From the NCBI GenBank assembly GCA_963749085.1, contig CAVVLG010000002.1, positions 445,863-509,862 of the forward strand: DNA of 64,000 bases, read 5' to 3'. Origin of the DNA: Candidatus Adlerbacteria bacterium (GTDB lineage: Bacteria; Patescibacteriota; Minisyncoccia; Phycocordibacterales; SBAW01). The position numbers and the translations under genes were made by a program. The notes below the pieces were generated by a model, which ran no database searches, was not told where the DNA came from, and saw only the letters and a program-made list of their open reading frames with translations. Positions within the stretch are counted from its first letter, which is position 1. Each line of letters starts with the position of its first letter. This document shows positions 1 to 10,658 of the stretch, piece by piece.

Positions 1-398
1 CAGCAGCTTCGGCTAACTGACAATTTGTAACTTCGTGTGCATCAAGTGCACTATAACCGCCTTACAACCCCCTAGATGTACTAGATCCTACACACGACAT
101 TGCTGCCATGCACAGAACCTAGTTTCTAGAGTTTGGGCTTTTTCGCGTTCGCTCGCCGCTACTAACGAAATACTTATTAGTCTCTTTTCCTCCAGGTACT
201 GAGATGTTTCACTTCCCTGGGTTTGCTTCTTTCTTGCGAAAGATAATGGAAATTTCTTTCCAATGAGTTTCCTCATTCGGACATCTCCGGATCGAAGGTT
301 GCTTGGCACCTCCCCGGAGCGTATCGCCGCCACGCCGCGTCCTTCATCGCCTTTTAAAGCCTAGGCATCCACCATACGCCCTTATTTGTTCCTTCTCC
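1..398 (-). rRNA. rrl: 23S rRNA, 5' portion (continues beyond window start)
   Basis: Reverse complement contains GGTGGATGCCTAGGC...GGCGATGAAGGACGCG and GGAAGTGAAACATCTCAGTACC, conserved 23S 5'-domain motifs. No 16S rRNA or tRNA within 700 bp upstream. Confidence 0.85.
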
Positions 399-1121
399 CG
401 TTAGTGAGAGAGAAAGGAAGCTTGAGAACCGCAATAATTTGTTGTTGTTTTCGAACTTTCATTTATTTCTTTACCTGCCCACCTACGCATCCACAAAAAG
501 ACCCACATTGGAAGTGGCTACGTGATGGAATTCGTATGTCAAAAAACACCGGCACCTGTGACAGATTTTTACCATTAAAAAATCCCGCCTCTGAGCGGGA
601 CAACGAGCAACAAAAAAGTCGCCTACTGACGCCGCTTATGAAGATGATTAGTGGTTAACATATCTGTACTGACGAGTATATATGAGAGGGGTGTGGGTGT
701 CAAATAAAGCCTAGAGTGGATTAATACTCTTGCAATATAAGGCTGCTTTGCTAGCATGTGGATACGCCTAGGTTGCTAGGCCAGGAAGGAAGGTTCGTCA
801 TGAACGACTTCGAAACCGATAACGGCTTCATCAGTCCGATCGAGTCGATTATCGAAGATAACGGTAGAATCTTCGGAACCGAAACCAGCGGTCTCGATGG
901 TGATACCAGTCTCATCGAAGGTGTCGACTTAGGCTAAGCAGCCAAAGACCTGCACAGGACCCTGCGAAAACGTGGGGTCATTTTTTATAAATCCAGACGA
1001 TGTGGTAGAGGCAGGAGTAGGTGGTGTGCGAGGTATGGCGATATTGGCCGCCCATATGCATCTCATCATACCAAAGTCTCGGACTAAAGTCCGGAGTTTT
1101 CCTCTCTAAGAAGAATAAAAC

Positions 1122-1150
1122 AAAAACGCCCCGTACGAAGGGCGTTTTTG
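1122..1150. terminator. Rho-independent terminator hairpin (aacgcccc...ggggcgtt + T-run)
   Basis: GC stem-loop followed by TTTTT, immediately 3' of the minus-strand CDS ending at 1170. Confidence 0.6.
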
Positions 1151-1169
1151 AAAACACTTTTGCACATGA

Positions 1170-1859
1170 TTACATTTTGCTATGAATTTGCTCACGGGTG
1201 CGTTCGATAAAACGGGCGGCCGCCTCCTGGCCCCCTAAACCAAATGCGAGACCGAACGCGAGCGAAAGCGCAACAACGATACCGGTGAAGAGCGTCTGGA
1301 AGTACGCGCTCGCGATGCCAAGCTGCGAAAGTGCAACAACAATGGCGAAGATCCAGATGGCCCAGCGTGCGATAGTGCCGGCAAATCCTGCAGAGCGAAT
1401 ACCTGCCGCACGGGCTGAGCCAACAACGACACCGTAGGCCGCTTCAGCAACCACTGCACCCACCAATACGATGAGTACGGCGACAATAACCTGCGGTATG
1501 AACGAGAGGACTATCTGCTGGAGGAAAAATGTCACCTCGGAGAGCCCCAGTATCTGGAGCGCAAACATGAAGAACACAACTATGACAAACCACTTCACCA
1601 AAACTCCCAGGAATTTTCCCGAGTTGAGGTTATAGCCGCTGCGATTGACTATTGATTCAACACCGGCAGTTTTAAGCGCGTGATCAACGCGGATTGCCTT
1701 AACCGCCTGCTCAATGACGTTATCGAGCAGAACGCCTATGGCCCAACCGATGATAAAAATAATAACGGCGGCCAAGAAGTTCGGGAGAAACGTTCCCACC
1801 CCGTACAGCAGAGTGTAAAACGACTGCTGCAGCGCCTGAGTCCATGTCTGTAGATACAT
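1170..1859 (-). CDS. Multi-pass membrane protein with repeated conserved TM helices (possibly MscS-associated); function unknown
   Basis: 229-aa ORF, highly hydrophobic with repeated helix motifs; followed by a terminator. Confidence 0.6.
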   Translation of the reverse strand: MYLQTWTQALQQSFYTLLYGVGTFLPNFLAAVIIFIIGWAIGVLLDNVIEQAVKAIRVDHALKTAGVESIVNRSGYNLNSGKFLGVLVKWFVIVVFFMFALQILGLSEVTFFLQQIVLSFIPQVIVAVLIVLVGAVVAEAAYGVVVGSARAAGIRSAGFAGTIARWAIWIFAIVVALSQLGIASAYFQTLFTGIVVALSLAFGLAFGLGGQEAAARFIERTREQIHSKM

Positions 1860-1977
1860 AGAAAATAAATGACAAATAATACTTGTTTATAATCGACACC
1901 CTAATTGTAGCAAGCGGACAACTCCTCTTTGAGGAGTGTGTGGATAGCCCTTATGCCACCCATGAGTCAAAAAATCA

Positions 1978-2556
1978 TTATTGTAAGCCAATATTTAGCT
2001 TGTCCAGCACGATGCGGTGCGGATAGTCGAGCACATCACGCAGCAGATGGTCGTTCATATTGATGCGGTAGAAAAAATCCTCGCTTGTGAGAAGCGCGTA
2101 GCGCAGTTCTTTGCCGATTTCACTTTCGAGTCGGCGAATGCGTCCCCGTAATGCGCGTTCGTTAACCTTATCCCCCACAATAAAGAGATCGAGCCGTCCT
2201 TCCCATTCACCCAGAAAAATTCCTGATAGTATCAGGAGTTTCAATATCCCAGTCCGTCGAATGCGCTCATAGATATCCTTGCCCCGCTCCGGCGCATTAA
2301 GAAGTAAATTCTGAAGTGCTTGCAGATATACGAATTCTTCGTTAAGTCCATAGCGAGGAGTCTTTGAACGGCGGACGCGTTTGATAAGCCGTATATCCAA
2401 AAAAATGTTCAATTCACGCCTTGCTTCCTTGCCACTGATGCGGGCATGTTCCATAGCCTCGGGGAGACTAAAAGATTCCTGGGGGTTAAAAAGAAAAAGC
2501 CGAAGCAATTTCACTCGCGCCGCGCTCCCGAAGAGTTTCTGTAATCCATCGGTCAT
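1978..2556 (-). CDS. Hypothetical protein, possible winged-helix DNA-binding protein
   Basis: 192-aa ORF, basic N-terminal region; no recognisable catalytic motif. Confidence 0.45.
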   Translation of the reverse strand: MTDGLQKLFGSAARVKLLRLFLFNPQESFSLPEAMEHARISGKEARRELNIFLDIRLIKRVRRSKTPRYGLNEEFVYLQALQNLLLNAPERGKDIYERIRRTGILKLLILSGIFLGEWEGRLDLFIVGDKVNERALRGRIRRLESEIGKELRYALLTSEDFFYRINMNDHLLRDVLDYPHRIVLDKLNIGLQ

Positions 2557-3182
2557 ACAAGGATAATTCAGCGTTACTCGGCCATTCTAGTTGAAGGTGT
2601 CCACCAGTGCAAAGGTGGATAAAAATAGCCGACATCAGATGATGCTGGCTGTAAACAGGAAGAAGGAACGGGATAGAGAAAGTAGGAGACGGAAAACTGT
2701 GGGGATATGAGCGGAATGGAAATGGAAGGAACAAGAGAGTAAGGGCGAGAGGATAAGAGGGACGAGCGTGATAAAAATCAGAGGCTCAAAAAGTGATGTG
2801 GAGTTTGTGTAACGCCAACGTTTTGGTTTTACCCACAGACCTACGCTGTCAGTCCGTCTATGTATGAGTACCTCCCTATGATGTAAAAGGTTACAAAAAA
2901 GGAGCCTCCGATGGTGGAGGCTCGAAAGAACAATTATGCTGCGTTTGCAGGAAGAAGAGGCTCCTCCGTTCTCTCTGGGTGAGAAAAAACTTCTCGTTCA
3001 TCCTCACCATGAAAGTCCTTGACTGGGTTTTTGCTCGGCAGTGGCAAGTATGCTTCCGCCATCCAGAAACCAAGGCGAGATAAGATCTCCAAGCCAAGCA
3101 TGGCAAACTCCCCTATGAGGCGTCCATTCTGCGATTAAGTATGTGCTTGCTTAGACTGTTAGCAAGGTGTCAGGGTGCGCGA

Positions 3183-3207
3183 AAAACCCCGCTTTTGCGG
3201 GGTTTTT
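3183..3207. terminator. Rho-independent terminator after rplL
   Basis: aaaaccccgc-tttt-gcggggtttt hairpin 25 bp downstream of the rplL stop. Confidence 0.7.
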
Positions 3208-3230
3208 GGTTGACCTATTGCATGTGGAAT

Positions 3231-3605
3231 TTATTTCAGCTCAACCTTGCCTCCCGCGGCCTCGACAGCCACTTTAAGCTTGTCTGCATCTTCCTTCTTC
3301 AATCCTTCTTTAAGCACCGTAGGCGCCGCGTCGACAAGGTCCTTAGCCTCTTTGAGGCCAAGCCCCAAGGCATCCTTGACCGCCTTGATGACCTGTACCT
3401 TCTGCGCGCCCGCGTCAATGAGATGAGCGCTGAAGGCACTCTTCTCCTCGCCTGCTGCGGCACCAGCGGCGGCACCGGGCGTTGCGACCGCAACCGGCGC
3501 TGCGCTCACGCCCCAGCGCGACTCGAGAGTTTTGACGAGCTCGTTAAGCTCCAAGACCGACATTTTCTCTACCTGATCGATGATATCTTTGTGTGTATCC
3601 GCCAT
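3231..3605 (-). CDS. rplL: 50S ribosomal protein L7/L12
   Basis: 124 aa; N-terminal dimerisation region, Ala/Gly/Pro hinge and C-terminal [23 protein letters not shown]...[20 protein letters not shown]-like domain. Confidence 0.95.
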   Translation of the reverse strand: MADTHKDIIDQVEKMSVLELNELVKTLESRWGVSAAPVAVATPGAAAGAAAGEEKSAFSAHLIDAGAQKVQVIKAVKDALGLGLKEAKDLVDAAPTVLKEGLKKEDADKLKVAVEAAGGKVELK

Positions 3606-3620
3606 ATAGTTATTTTTTAT

Positions 3621-4109
3621 TTAGTCTGCTTTTTTTGCTTGCTCACTGAGCACAACCGCGAAGCGCTGCAACGGACTGTTGAGAATTTGCGCGAACTGCG
3701 CTCGTAGCACCTCAAGTCCTGGTATCGTCGCGATGGAAATAATCTTTCCCTTGTCGACATACGCGCCGCCAAAGACACCCCCCACAAATGAAAGCATGCC
3801 GGGAAATTTCTTAACGAAGGCTGCGAGTTCCCGCGCGGGAGCGAGTTCATCCGCTCCGTACGCTATTGCTATCTCCCCCTCAAGCACAGGCGCTTCCCCC
3901 GTGAAGCCCGCACTTCCAAGTGCCCGGCGAAGAAGGGATTTCTTTGCCACGGTGTAACCGACATGCTGTGCGCGAAGTGTTTTGCGCATTTCGTTTTGTG
4001 CAGACACGTTAAGTCCTTTGAAATTGGCAAAGACGATGGTCTTCGACTTGGCAGCGATATCGCCCACTTTTTCTACAATTTCCTCTTTTTTCTTTTGTGT
4101 GATTGCCAT
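3621..4109 (-). CDS. rplJ: 50S ribosomal protein L10
   Basis: MAITQKKKEEIV...TVAKKSLLRRAL...GIAYGADEL pattern; immediately upstream of rplL. Start chosen at the internal Met of the 185-aa ORF. Confidence 0.9.
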   Translation of the reverse strand: MAITQKKKEEIVEKVGDIAAKSKTIVFANFKGLNVSAQNEMRKTLRAQHVGYTVAKKSLLRRALGSAGFTGEAPVLEGEIAIAYGADELAPARELAAFVKKFPGMLSFVGGVFGGAYVDKGKIISIATIPGLEVLRAQFAQILNSPLQRFAVVLSEQAKKAD

Positions 4110-4414
4110 ATATGTTGGGTACAAAAAATACCCATTTAAAGGGCTTGTGTTCGACCTCGGCAGGATGGATTGCTCCAATTAACGCTTCGTGGCTACCTGC
4201 TATCTGTGGCCCTTATGAGGAAAGGCTACTGCGGTGCGGCTACGTTGTCAATGGTTGGTGAGACTTTTGAGGCGGTAAACAGCAAGATACCGAATGCGAC
4301 GCCTATAATGACGAGAAAGGCAAAAAAGAATCTGAAAAACGTCTTGGTAAAAAACCGATCCATGCTATTATTTTAACATAGAGATATATTACGTCGCAGC
4401 CGAAGCGCATATAC

Positions 4415-4450
4415 AAAAACCGCCCCTCGATCTCTCTTGGAGCGGTTTTT
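4415..4450. terminator. Putative terminator hairpin downstream of csp
   Basis: aaaaccgc...gcggttttt stem flanking a loop, 3' of the minus-strand csp. Confidence 0.4.
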
Positions 4451-4464
4451 GCTGCGAGAGCGGC

Positions 4465-4665
4465 TTATGCGCGCGTAACGTTAGTGGCGCTGAGGCCTTT
4501 TGGCCCTTCGACTACGTCAAAAGAAAGCGTATCGCCTTCTTTTAACTCGTCAAACATGACGCCATTGAGCTCCTTGGAGTGGAAGAAGAGGTCCTTCGTC
4601 TCGCCTTCGCGAGCGATGAATCCAAATCCCCTGTCCTTGACGAGCGTTTTGATTGTTCCTGTCAT
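4465..4665 (-). CDS. cspA: Cold-shock protein (CspA family)
   Basis: 66 aa, MTGTIKTLVKDRGFGFIAREGETKDLFFHSKEL... RNP1/RNP2 motifs. Confidence 0.92.
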   Translation of the reverse strand: MTGTIKTLVKDRGFGFIAREGETKDLFFHSKELNGVMFDELKEGDTLSFDVVEGPKGLSATNVTRA

Positions 4666-4758
4666 CTTTTTTTATATTTTCTGTGGGAAACCCGACCCTG
4701 TTTCTTAGTCTTCTAGACCATCTCCACTCTACCACCTAAGGTATTTTATGTCAACCAG

Positions 4759-5767
4759 TTATCCCCTCGTATTTGCCCTTTGGACATTCTGATAGACGAC
4801 TTTTGAAATCTGCGCAATGATGCTCTCAAGCGTCGGCAGGGGTGCCGAGCCCCGCGTCATGACACACAAGAAGATAGGGGTCGTTTGCGTAGACAATGCC
4901 GCAGTCGTGTAGTTCGTGCTCGGTGGTAACGCCGTTGGGCGCGATGCCGACAAGACCGAGCTTATGGGAGACGACGCGTCGAGCTTGCAACCCCCGCCAC
5001 AATTCCTTGCGTAAAACTAACCTGGCTCATCAGTTGAAGGGCTTTTTCAGAATCGTCTCTGCGAGAGATAGGTCGCGTTATACAGTACGCGGAACAGGGT
5101 TGAAATCTGGTGAGCGGTTATAAAGTCGGCATTTGCCAACGTGACGTTATCTTCCGAAGGAATACCGAGGTCGCCGTACACTCGTGCTGAGCGTATCCGG
5201 GTCAATGTTGGCGTCCAAGAGAGCCGTGGCGTTGTTGTCGGAATATTTGATCATATAGCCAAGAAGCTGCTCCACTGTATAGGTGCGTCCTGGCACAATG
5301 GCTTCCGGCGGCGGAATATCCTGCATCTGGTTTAAATCAGTGCTACCTACTGGATAGGTAAGTTCTTTGTTTAAGACACTGGGATTATTTTCGGACTCTT
5401 GATAATAGGCAATGAGTATCGGTATTTTCCCGAGGCTTGAGGGGTAAAATAGTTCATTTCCGTATACGCTTGCCCAAGCGCCGGTGGTAAGATCCGTAAA
5501 ATAAACGGAAGCTTTGCTGATGTCTCCATCGTTTGTGTGAGTATCGATGATACTCTGGATCTCTTTGCCGAGAAGCGTATTTTCGGTATATACATTTGAG
5601 TTATTGATATTGCACGCAAGAAGCGGATCAATAAACTTGTATCCGCTGAGTCGAAGTGACTGCGCAGGTACAGTATAGTCGCGTGCTCCTTTTATAAACC
5701 ATCCCGCTCCAAATCCAGCCGCACCGATGACGACTGCCACTGCCACTAGTAGTACAAGGTTTTTCAT
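4759..5767 (-). pseudogene. Class A beta-lactamase-like serine hydrolase, disrupted by at least 2 frameshifts and an internal stop
   Basis: 206-aa N-terminal ORF has a signal peptide, an SLGK (SxxK) motif and YSDNNATALL (SDN motif). The downstream sequence continues in two other frames (LGIPSEDNVTLANADFITAHQISTLFRVLYNATY...; ...HKLGLVGIAPNGVTTEHELHDCGIVYANDPYLLVCMTRGS), resembling the KTG / C-terminal region. Confidence 0.6.
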
Positions 5768-5772
5768 CCCTT

Positions 5773-6111
5773 TTATTGTGTACCGTTTGATTGCAGTTGC
5801 AGGAGTTCTGAACTATTTGGGTTTGCTTTTAGTCCGGCTTGTAGTATCGCGGTAGCAGCCGCAGGATTGTTATCGTCATAGCGATAGAGGTTATAGAGAT
5901 CGAGGTAGTAATCCGGGACATTCGGATTTATAGCTATTGCCGCTTGATAGCTAGTCACGGCTTTTGCGTAATTGGTGTCAAAGTTTTGATAGAGGTCACC
6001 CAGATTGCCATAGGCAATATAGTTTATGGAAGAAGGTCCTGTTTGCGCCACATAATTCCACGCCGCTATAGCTCCCGCGTAGTCGCCGCCTATCTTTCGG
6101 TCGACGCCCAA
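5773..6111 (-). CDS. TPR-repeat protein (probably TTG start, possibly truncated)
   Basis: Tetratricopeptide-like repeats (AWNY..YGNLGDLY..NYAKAVTSYQAAIAINPN..YYLDLYNLY). Confidence 0.5.
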   Translation of the reverse strand: MGVDRKIGGDYAGAIAAWNYVAQTGPSSINYIAYGNLGDLYQNFDTNYAKAVTSYQAAIAINPNVPDYYLDLYNLYRYDDNNPAAATAILQAGLKANPNSSELLQLQSNGTQ

Positions 6112-6496
6112 CTGTAGCCACAGATCAACGCGGGTTGGCGTTTGCTTAGTTGTGAGATAAGTGTCTCCTCCTGCGTGCGTAGCGCGGCCTGCGCATCGGC
6201 AGGAAGTGAGGAGGAAATCTGTATTGGGCCACTAAGCGACGGCGGAGGCGTTGTGATAACAGCGGTTATCGTGGCACCCGCAGGAAGGGTCGCTGTGATA
6301 CCGTTACCGAGGTATACGGTGGTAGTGGAGCTAGTGCGTTAGTGCTTGTAGATATATTTGATGCCGGAGCCACTGCCGTGTGCGGTCGCAAAAAGAGTAT
6401 ACCGCCTATAAGAGGAGGGCGACAACAACGCCAACTCCCACCCACATATAGTTGTTCTGCATATATAAGTAGTGTACTGAAAAAATAAGAAACACA

Positions 6497-6524
6497 AAAG
6501 CCCCCTCTTTCGAGGGGGCTTTTG
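6497..6524. terminator. Strong rho-independent terminator (aaaagccccctc-tttc-gagggggctttt)
   Basis: Perfect 12-bp stem plus T-run, 3' of the giant minus-strand surface-protein locus. Confidence 0.7.
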
Positions 6525-6594
6525 TTGCCTGCTGCCTGTATTGGCGGGAGGACTTTGGTGTCTAAGCTCGATCAAGACTCCGAGGAATCAGACC

Positions 6595-9500
6595 AGAGGT
6601 TAGCATTCGACTAGAAACCAGTCGACGGGAGACCAGAGACACCGTAACCGTTCGTCCAGTCGTTGCCTGTCTACAGCAGCCGAAGTGGTTGCGTTAGGAG
6701 ACCAGATGAAGTTATCGGCTGTTGAACCGAGACTGGCTGCAACTTGAGCCGCGTACCCATGAGGACCTATGCCCGTCGGATAGGCAGCGTCGCCCTGGAG
6801 CTGTCGAGGTGATGGTCCAGTTGTTCGCAGTAGCGTTCGGCGAAACATTGCCGGTGAGGATGAAGTACATGGTCGTACCTGCACCAATTTCAAGCGGAGA
6901 GTTCGTACCCTGGTTGAAGTACAAGGTCGGGTTTCCGGTGAGCGTAGCCGTGGTGTAGGCCGTGCCTCCACCGCTGGCGGTATCACCGTCAGTTACACCG
7001 AACTGACCGTTGTAGAACCAGGAACATTTGCAAGACCCGTGTCATAAGACGGGGTGTACGCATGAAGCTGAAGGTTGTTTACGCTTGCCGAAGAAGTCGC
7101 GATCGCGATAGCAAGCTGATAGAGACCGACCGAGCCGTTGGAACCAGCAGTGATGCTGAACTCCTTAAGCACCGCATTCGAACCATTCGGATTGGACGTC
7201 GCTGACAGGACCAGCTGCGAGAGTCGGAACAGTCTTGAAGGTGCGGAAGCCTGCGGACGCAGTGCTGCCGGTGCCATTGATGGTCTTGCCGGAGTTTGCA
7301 CCGATTCCTTGTGAGTTGAGGTAGTCAAGCGCTATGAAGCCTCCTTCTTGGCCAGGCTGGCTGGTGCCAATCTGAGCAATGTCGGCCTTCACAACGAGGT
7401 TCGCATCTTGGTTATTCGGCAACTGGACCGGATTGGTAAGCGTCGAGGTCGCGACGGTAGCATTACCCGTGAAGGATGCCGTACCGAGCAGCGTGCCCGG
7501 GCTTATTGCCGTGCCAGTAGTCGTGAAGATGTTACTACCTGCGTAGAGGTAGACCTGCGTCAAGTCAGACGGTGACGAAGATGCCGCGTTGGTGAGCGTG
7601 AGGCCAACCTTCTGAAGATTGACCGGCTCGTTCGTAGCGCGGAACTTGATCACGTTTGCTGTAACACCGGTCGTACCGCCTGCGACAAGGAAGTAGGACG
7701 GTGATGACGGGTCAAGCGAGGCCACGAGAGTCGCGCCGCTAGAAGCCGTCATGCTAGGACCAGTGCCGCCAGCAAGCGTCACAGTAACTGTGCTGCCGGA
7801 GGTTGCACCCGTAGCTGAGAGGCAGAGGCCGCTGAGAACTGGTAGAGAGCGCCTGCAGCCGCAGAGGACGACAGGTTGCACTCAAGATTGAGCGTCGTGA
7901 CGGTGCCTTTCGGTATTGTCAGCGAATTGTCGAGGCTGAAGGTAAGGGCAAGTTCATGCCGCTGGTTATCGAAGTGCGTTGCTGCCGTTATCGAGACGGT
8001 GCTGCGGTGCCAGCAGGACCGCTGCTGCCGTTGAACACGCGAGTACCGGTGTTAAGAGCGGTCGAACCGTTCCACAGCTGGCAAGCACTCAGGTCAGCCT
8101 CAGTACCGCTCCTGCGGTCGACGAGAGTGAGCGGAATAGATGAGAGACGGACATTCTCACCCGATTGCGATGCATCAAGCTGGATGCCAGCGAAGACGAT
8201 ATTGCTGCCGCCTGCGACAATCGTCTGCGAGGTCGGTGACGTCGAGTTGCCGACAGTGAGCGTTGCGGCCTTAACCGTCATCGTATTCATCGAGAAGGTC
8301 CGTCACGCCCGGCGAGATGTTATTGCCAGTCGTTACACCGGTAATGTTTGTCCAGTCGGAAGACGGATTGGTGGATGCGACGATGGTTGCGCCGTTGATG
8401 CCAGTTTGCGCACCAATCTGACCCTCAATGGTGTAGGTGTTGGTTCCTGTCGGGAACGTTGTCGCACCCGAGAAGGTCACAAACTGATAGCGCCAGTGCC
8501 ACAGAGAAGTGCCGAGCGTTGTGACCATTGTTCGTAGTGGCAGTTGCACTAGAAGCACAATCCGCGTTGTACGGACCAGAAATAACTTGGCCGTTCTGGT
8601 TGACAAGCGAGACGTTCGTGAGCGGACAGAGCGGTAGTGCTCGATCGTGAAGTGCACGATGAGTGACTGCACCTGGATAGCCTCACCGGTGAGATTCGTC
8701 TGGAATCCGCCGAGAGGCTGATTGGGGACGTTAATCGCAATGTTCTGCGCACCAACAGATGTTGCATTCTGGATGGTCGAGAACGTACCCGCGGTGACCG
8801 TAACCGTCGAGCCCTGGATCTACGGAGTCGAGTTCGTACCGGAGACGAAGATCGACGCGTGGCGAAGAGGTGCTGCTGTAGCTCGCAGTACCAGCGCCTG
8901 TGGTCGGCGTTATGCCGTAGCCATAGGTGTTGCCGACAAGGTAGATGTCGGTGTTTCGGTAGATGTCGAACTCTGCGTAGGTGTTGGCCGTTACGCTTGC
9001 ACTCAAGGTCACCCTGCACGTAGACGTCAACCGACTGGCCTTCCTGTATGACGATCGGGATCGGGAAGACAGTCGTGTAGTAGCGGCCGGTCGAGTCAAG
9101 TGTCGTCGGGTACGAAGTACCGTTGACAACGGTCACGACATTGGCAAGACCTGAAGCCGAGCCGGACTGATACCACGTTATCGACTTGAAGCTCAGGTTC
9201 TCCTGCGAACCTGCCTGGATGCGGATAGCCGAGAAGCGGTAGCCCGTAGTGCCGATAGGTTGGCTGGAAGCTGAGTTCGGGTCATACGATGACGTGTATA
9301 TCGTTGCCGAGCCGATGAGCGCGGTGTTGTTGAAGGTGTTGCTTGCACCGGTTATCGGGAGCGAGCCCGATACCGTGGAAGCAGTGTTGACTGCCGTCAC
9401 CGCAAACGACGCGATGTCTCCGGAATTGACGGAGCCTGCTGCAGCAACGTTTGCCGCAACCCAGAAGGTCACGGACGTGCCTGCTGGGATGGTTATCGGA

Positions 9501-10202
9501 TTGCCGATAGCTGCAGTGTGGTTGGCGTCAAGTATGTGCGAAATGCCGAGCTGGATACCGGTCGAAGCATTGATAAGTTCAACGCCTGCAATGTCGGTAT
9601 CAACCGACGGACCCTGGCGCACGACTTCGACACTGTTGATTGTTACCGGAGCGCCATTTGCCGATAACGGTGAAAGCCGTAAACGGAACGCGCGCCGCAC
9701 CTGCCGGAGCGACTGTGTTTGCCGGCTGCGTACTTGCAGTAACGACTGCAGTACCAGCGACAGTGCCAGTGGTTGTGGTCGTAGTGGTCGTGGTCGTCTG
9801 AGCGGTGCCGCTGCAAAGCGCATTAGCCTCAGCTCGAGATGCCGAGAAGAAATTGCCCGTCGGGCTCGAAAGACCGAGAGGAGTCAAGATCTGCGCAGCA
9901 TACTTTTGCTGGAAATTGTTGACCGCTGCTTCGGTGAGATTACCGAAATATTCAGTCTCATTTCCTGGAGAACCGGCGCCGGACGATGCAACCATTGTGT
10001 CCGGATCCATGTTCAAGAATTGCTGGAGTGCCAAGACAGCCGGGCCGGACGAACCGTGTCTAAGGTTCACCGAGAACGTCGTGCCAGGGCACACCGCAGC
10101 CTGCGCCGAGCCGGCCATCGCCATACTGAGCGCAATTGCCACGATCGCTGCGACGCCGAGCGTCAGTGCAGTGATACGTGTAGAACTGTGAGTAATAGTC
10201 AT
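6595..10202 (-). pseudogene. Giant secreted/cell-surface protein gene, fragmented into at least 7 reading frames
   Basis: N-terminal ORF (9600-10202) has a signal peptide, a peptidoglycan-binding-like domain (LQQFLN...GNETEYFGNLTEAAVNNFQQKYA) and a poly-Thr linker. The body continues as overlapping minus-strand ORFs (8549-9823, 8731-9129, 8271-8672, 7988-8290, 7165-7881, 6993-7328, 6712-6924) with Thr/Ser/Gly/Asn/Ala-rich beta-repeat sequence and frame switches. Confidence 0.6.
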
Positions 10203-10658
10203 ACTTTATAATTCGAACGTTAATAATTACTTTTAAAACTACGAATAAAAAGAACGCGAACTGAACAGAAATAACCTACCTATTTTCTTCTCCTTTCGTT
10301 TCTCCGCATCTTATAAAGAAGCAAGAAACTGATGGGGAAGAAAAACTGGGTAGCAAGAGGGGATTTTGAGTTTCAACCGGTGCAGCCGTGGTGGGACAAG
10401 GAGTTCGGTATCACACAACTCTAATGACGCCCTAAGCAGCGAGTGCTCACAGCGTCTTCGAACGTTGACTATTCAATTGTCAACGAACTGCTCTCTACCA
10501 GAGCCTAGCACCCAGTATAGATGCTTATCGGCAAGGCTGCAAAAAGGCCTTGTGGATAAGGCTTTGTGGATAAAGGCCTAAGATCGAGCATACATCTCCC
10601 CCAGTCGGGGGTCAACCGGGCTATAAAGCCTATAAGTCCATAGCAGTATACGCAAAGT

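Noticed and set aside
386-658. 90-aa plus-strand ORF immediately upstream of the 23S 5' end
   Set aside because: Overlaps the rRNA leader/processing region and has no protein-like composition; likely non-coding.
7956-10211. Long plus-strand ORFs (193, 109 and 320 aa) opposite the giant surface-protein locus
   Set aside because: Antisense shadow ORFs of a GC/Thr-codon-rich region; Arg/Cys-rich nonsense composition.
10420-10450. Possible tmRNA tag reading frame (gca ctc gct gct tag = ALAA*) on the minus strand
   Set aside because: An in-frame TGA immediately precedes it, and no tRNA-like acceptor/T-arm or GGGG 5' end could be found, so the tmRNA call is not supported.
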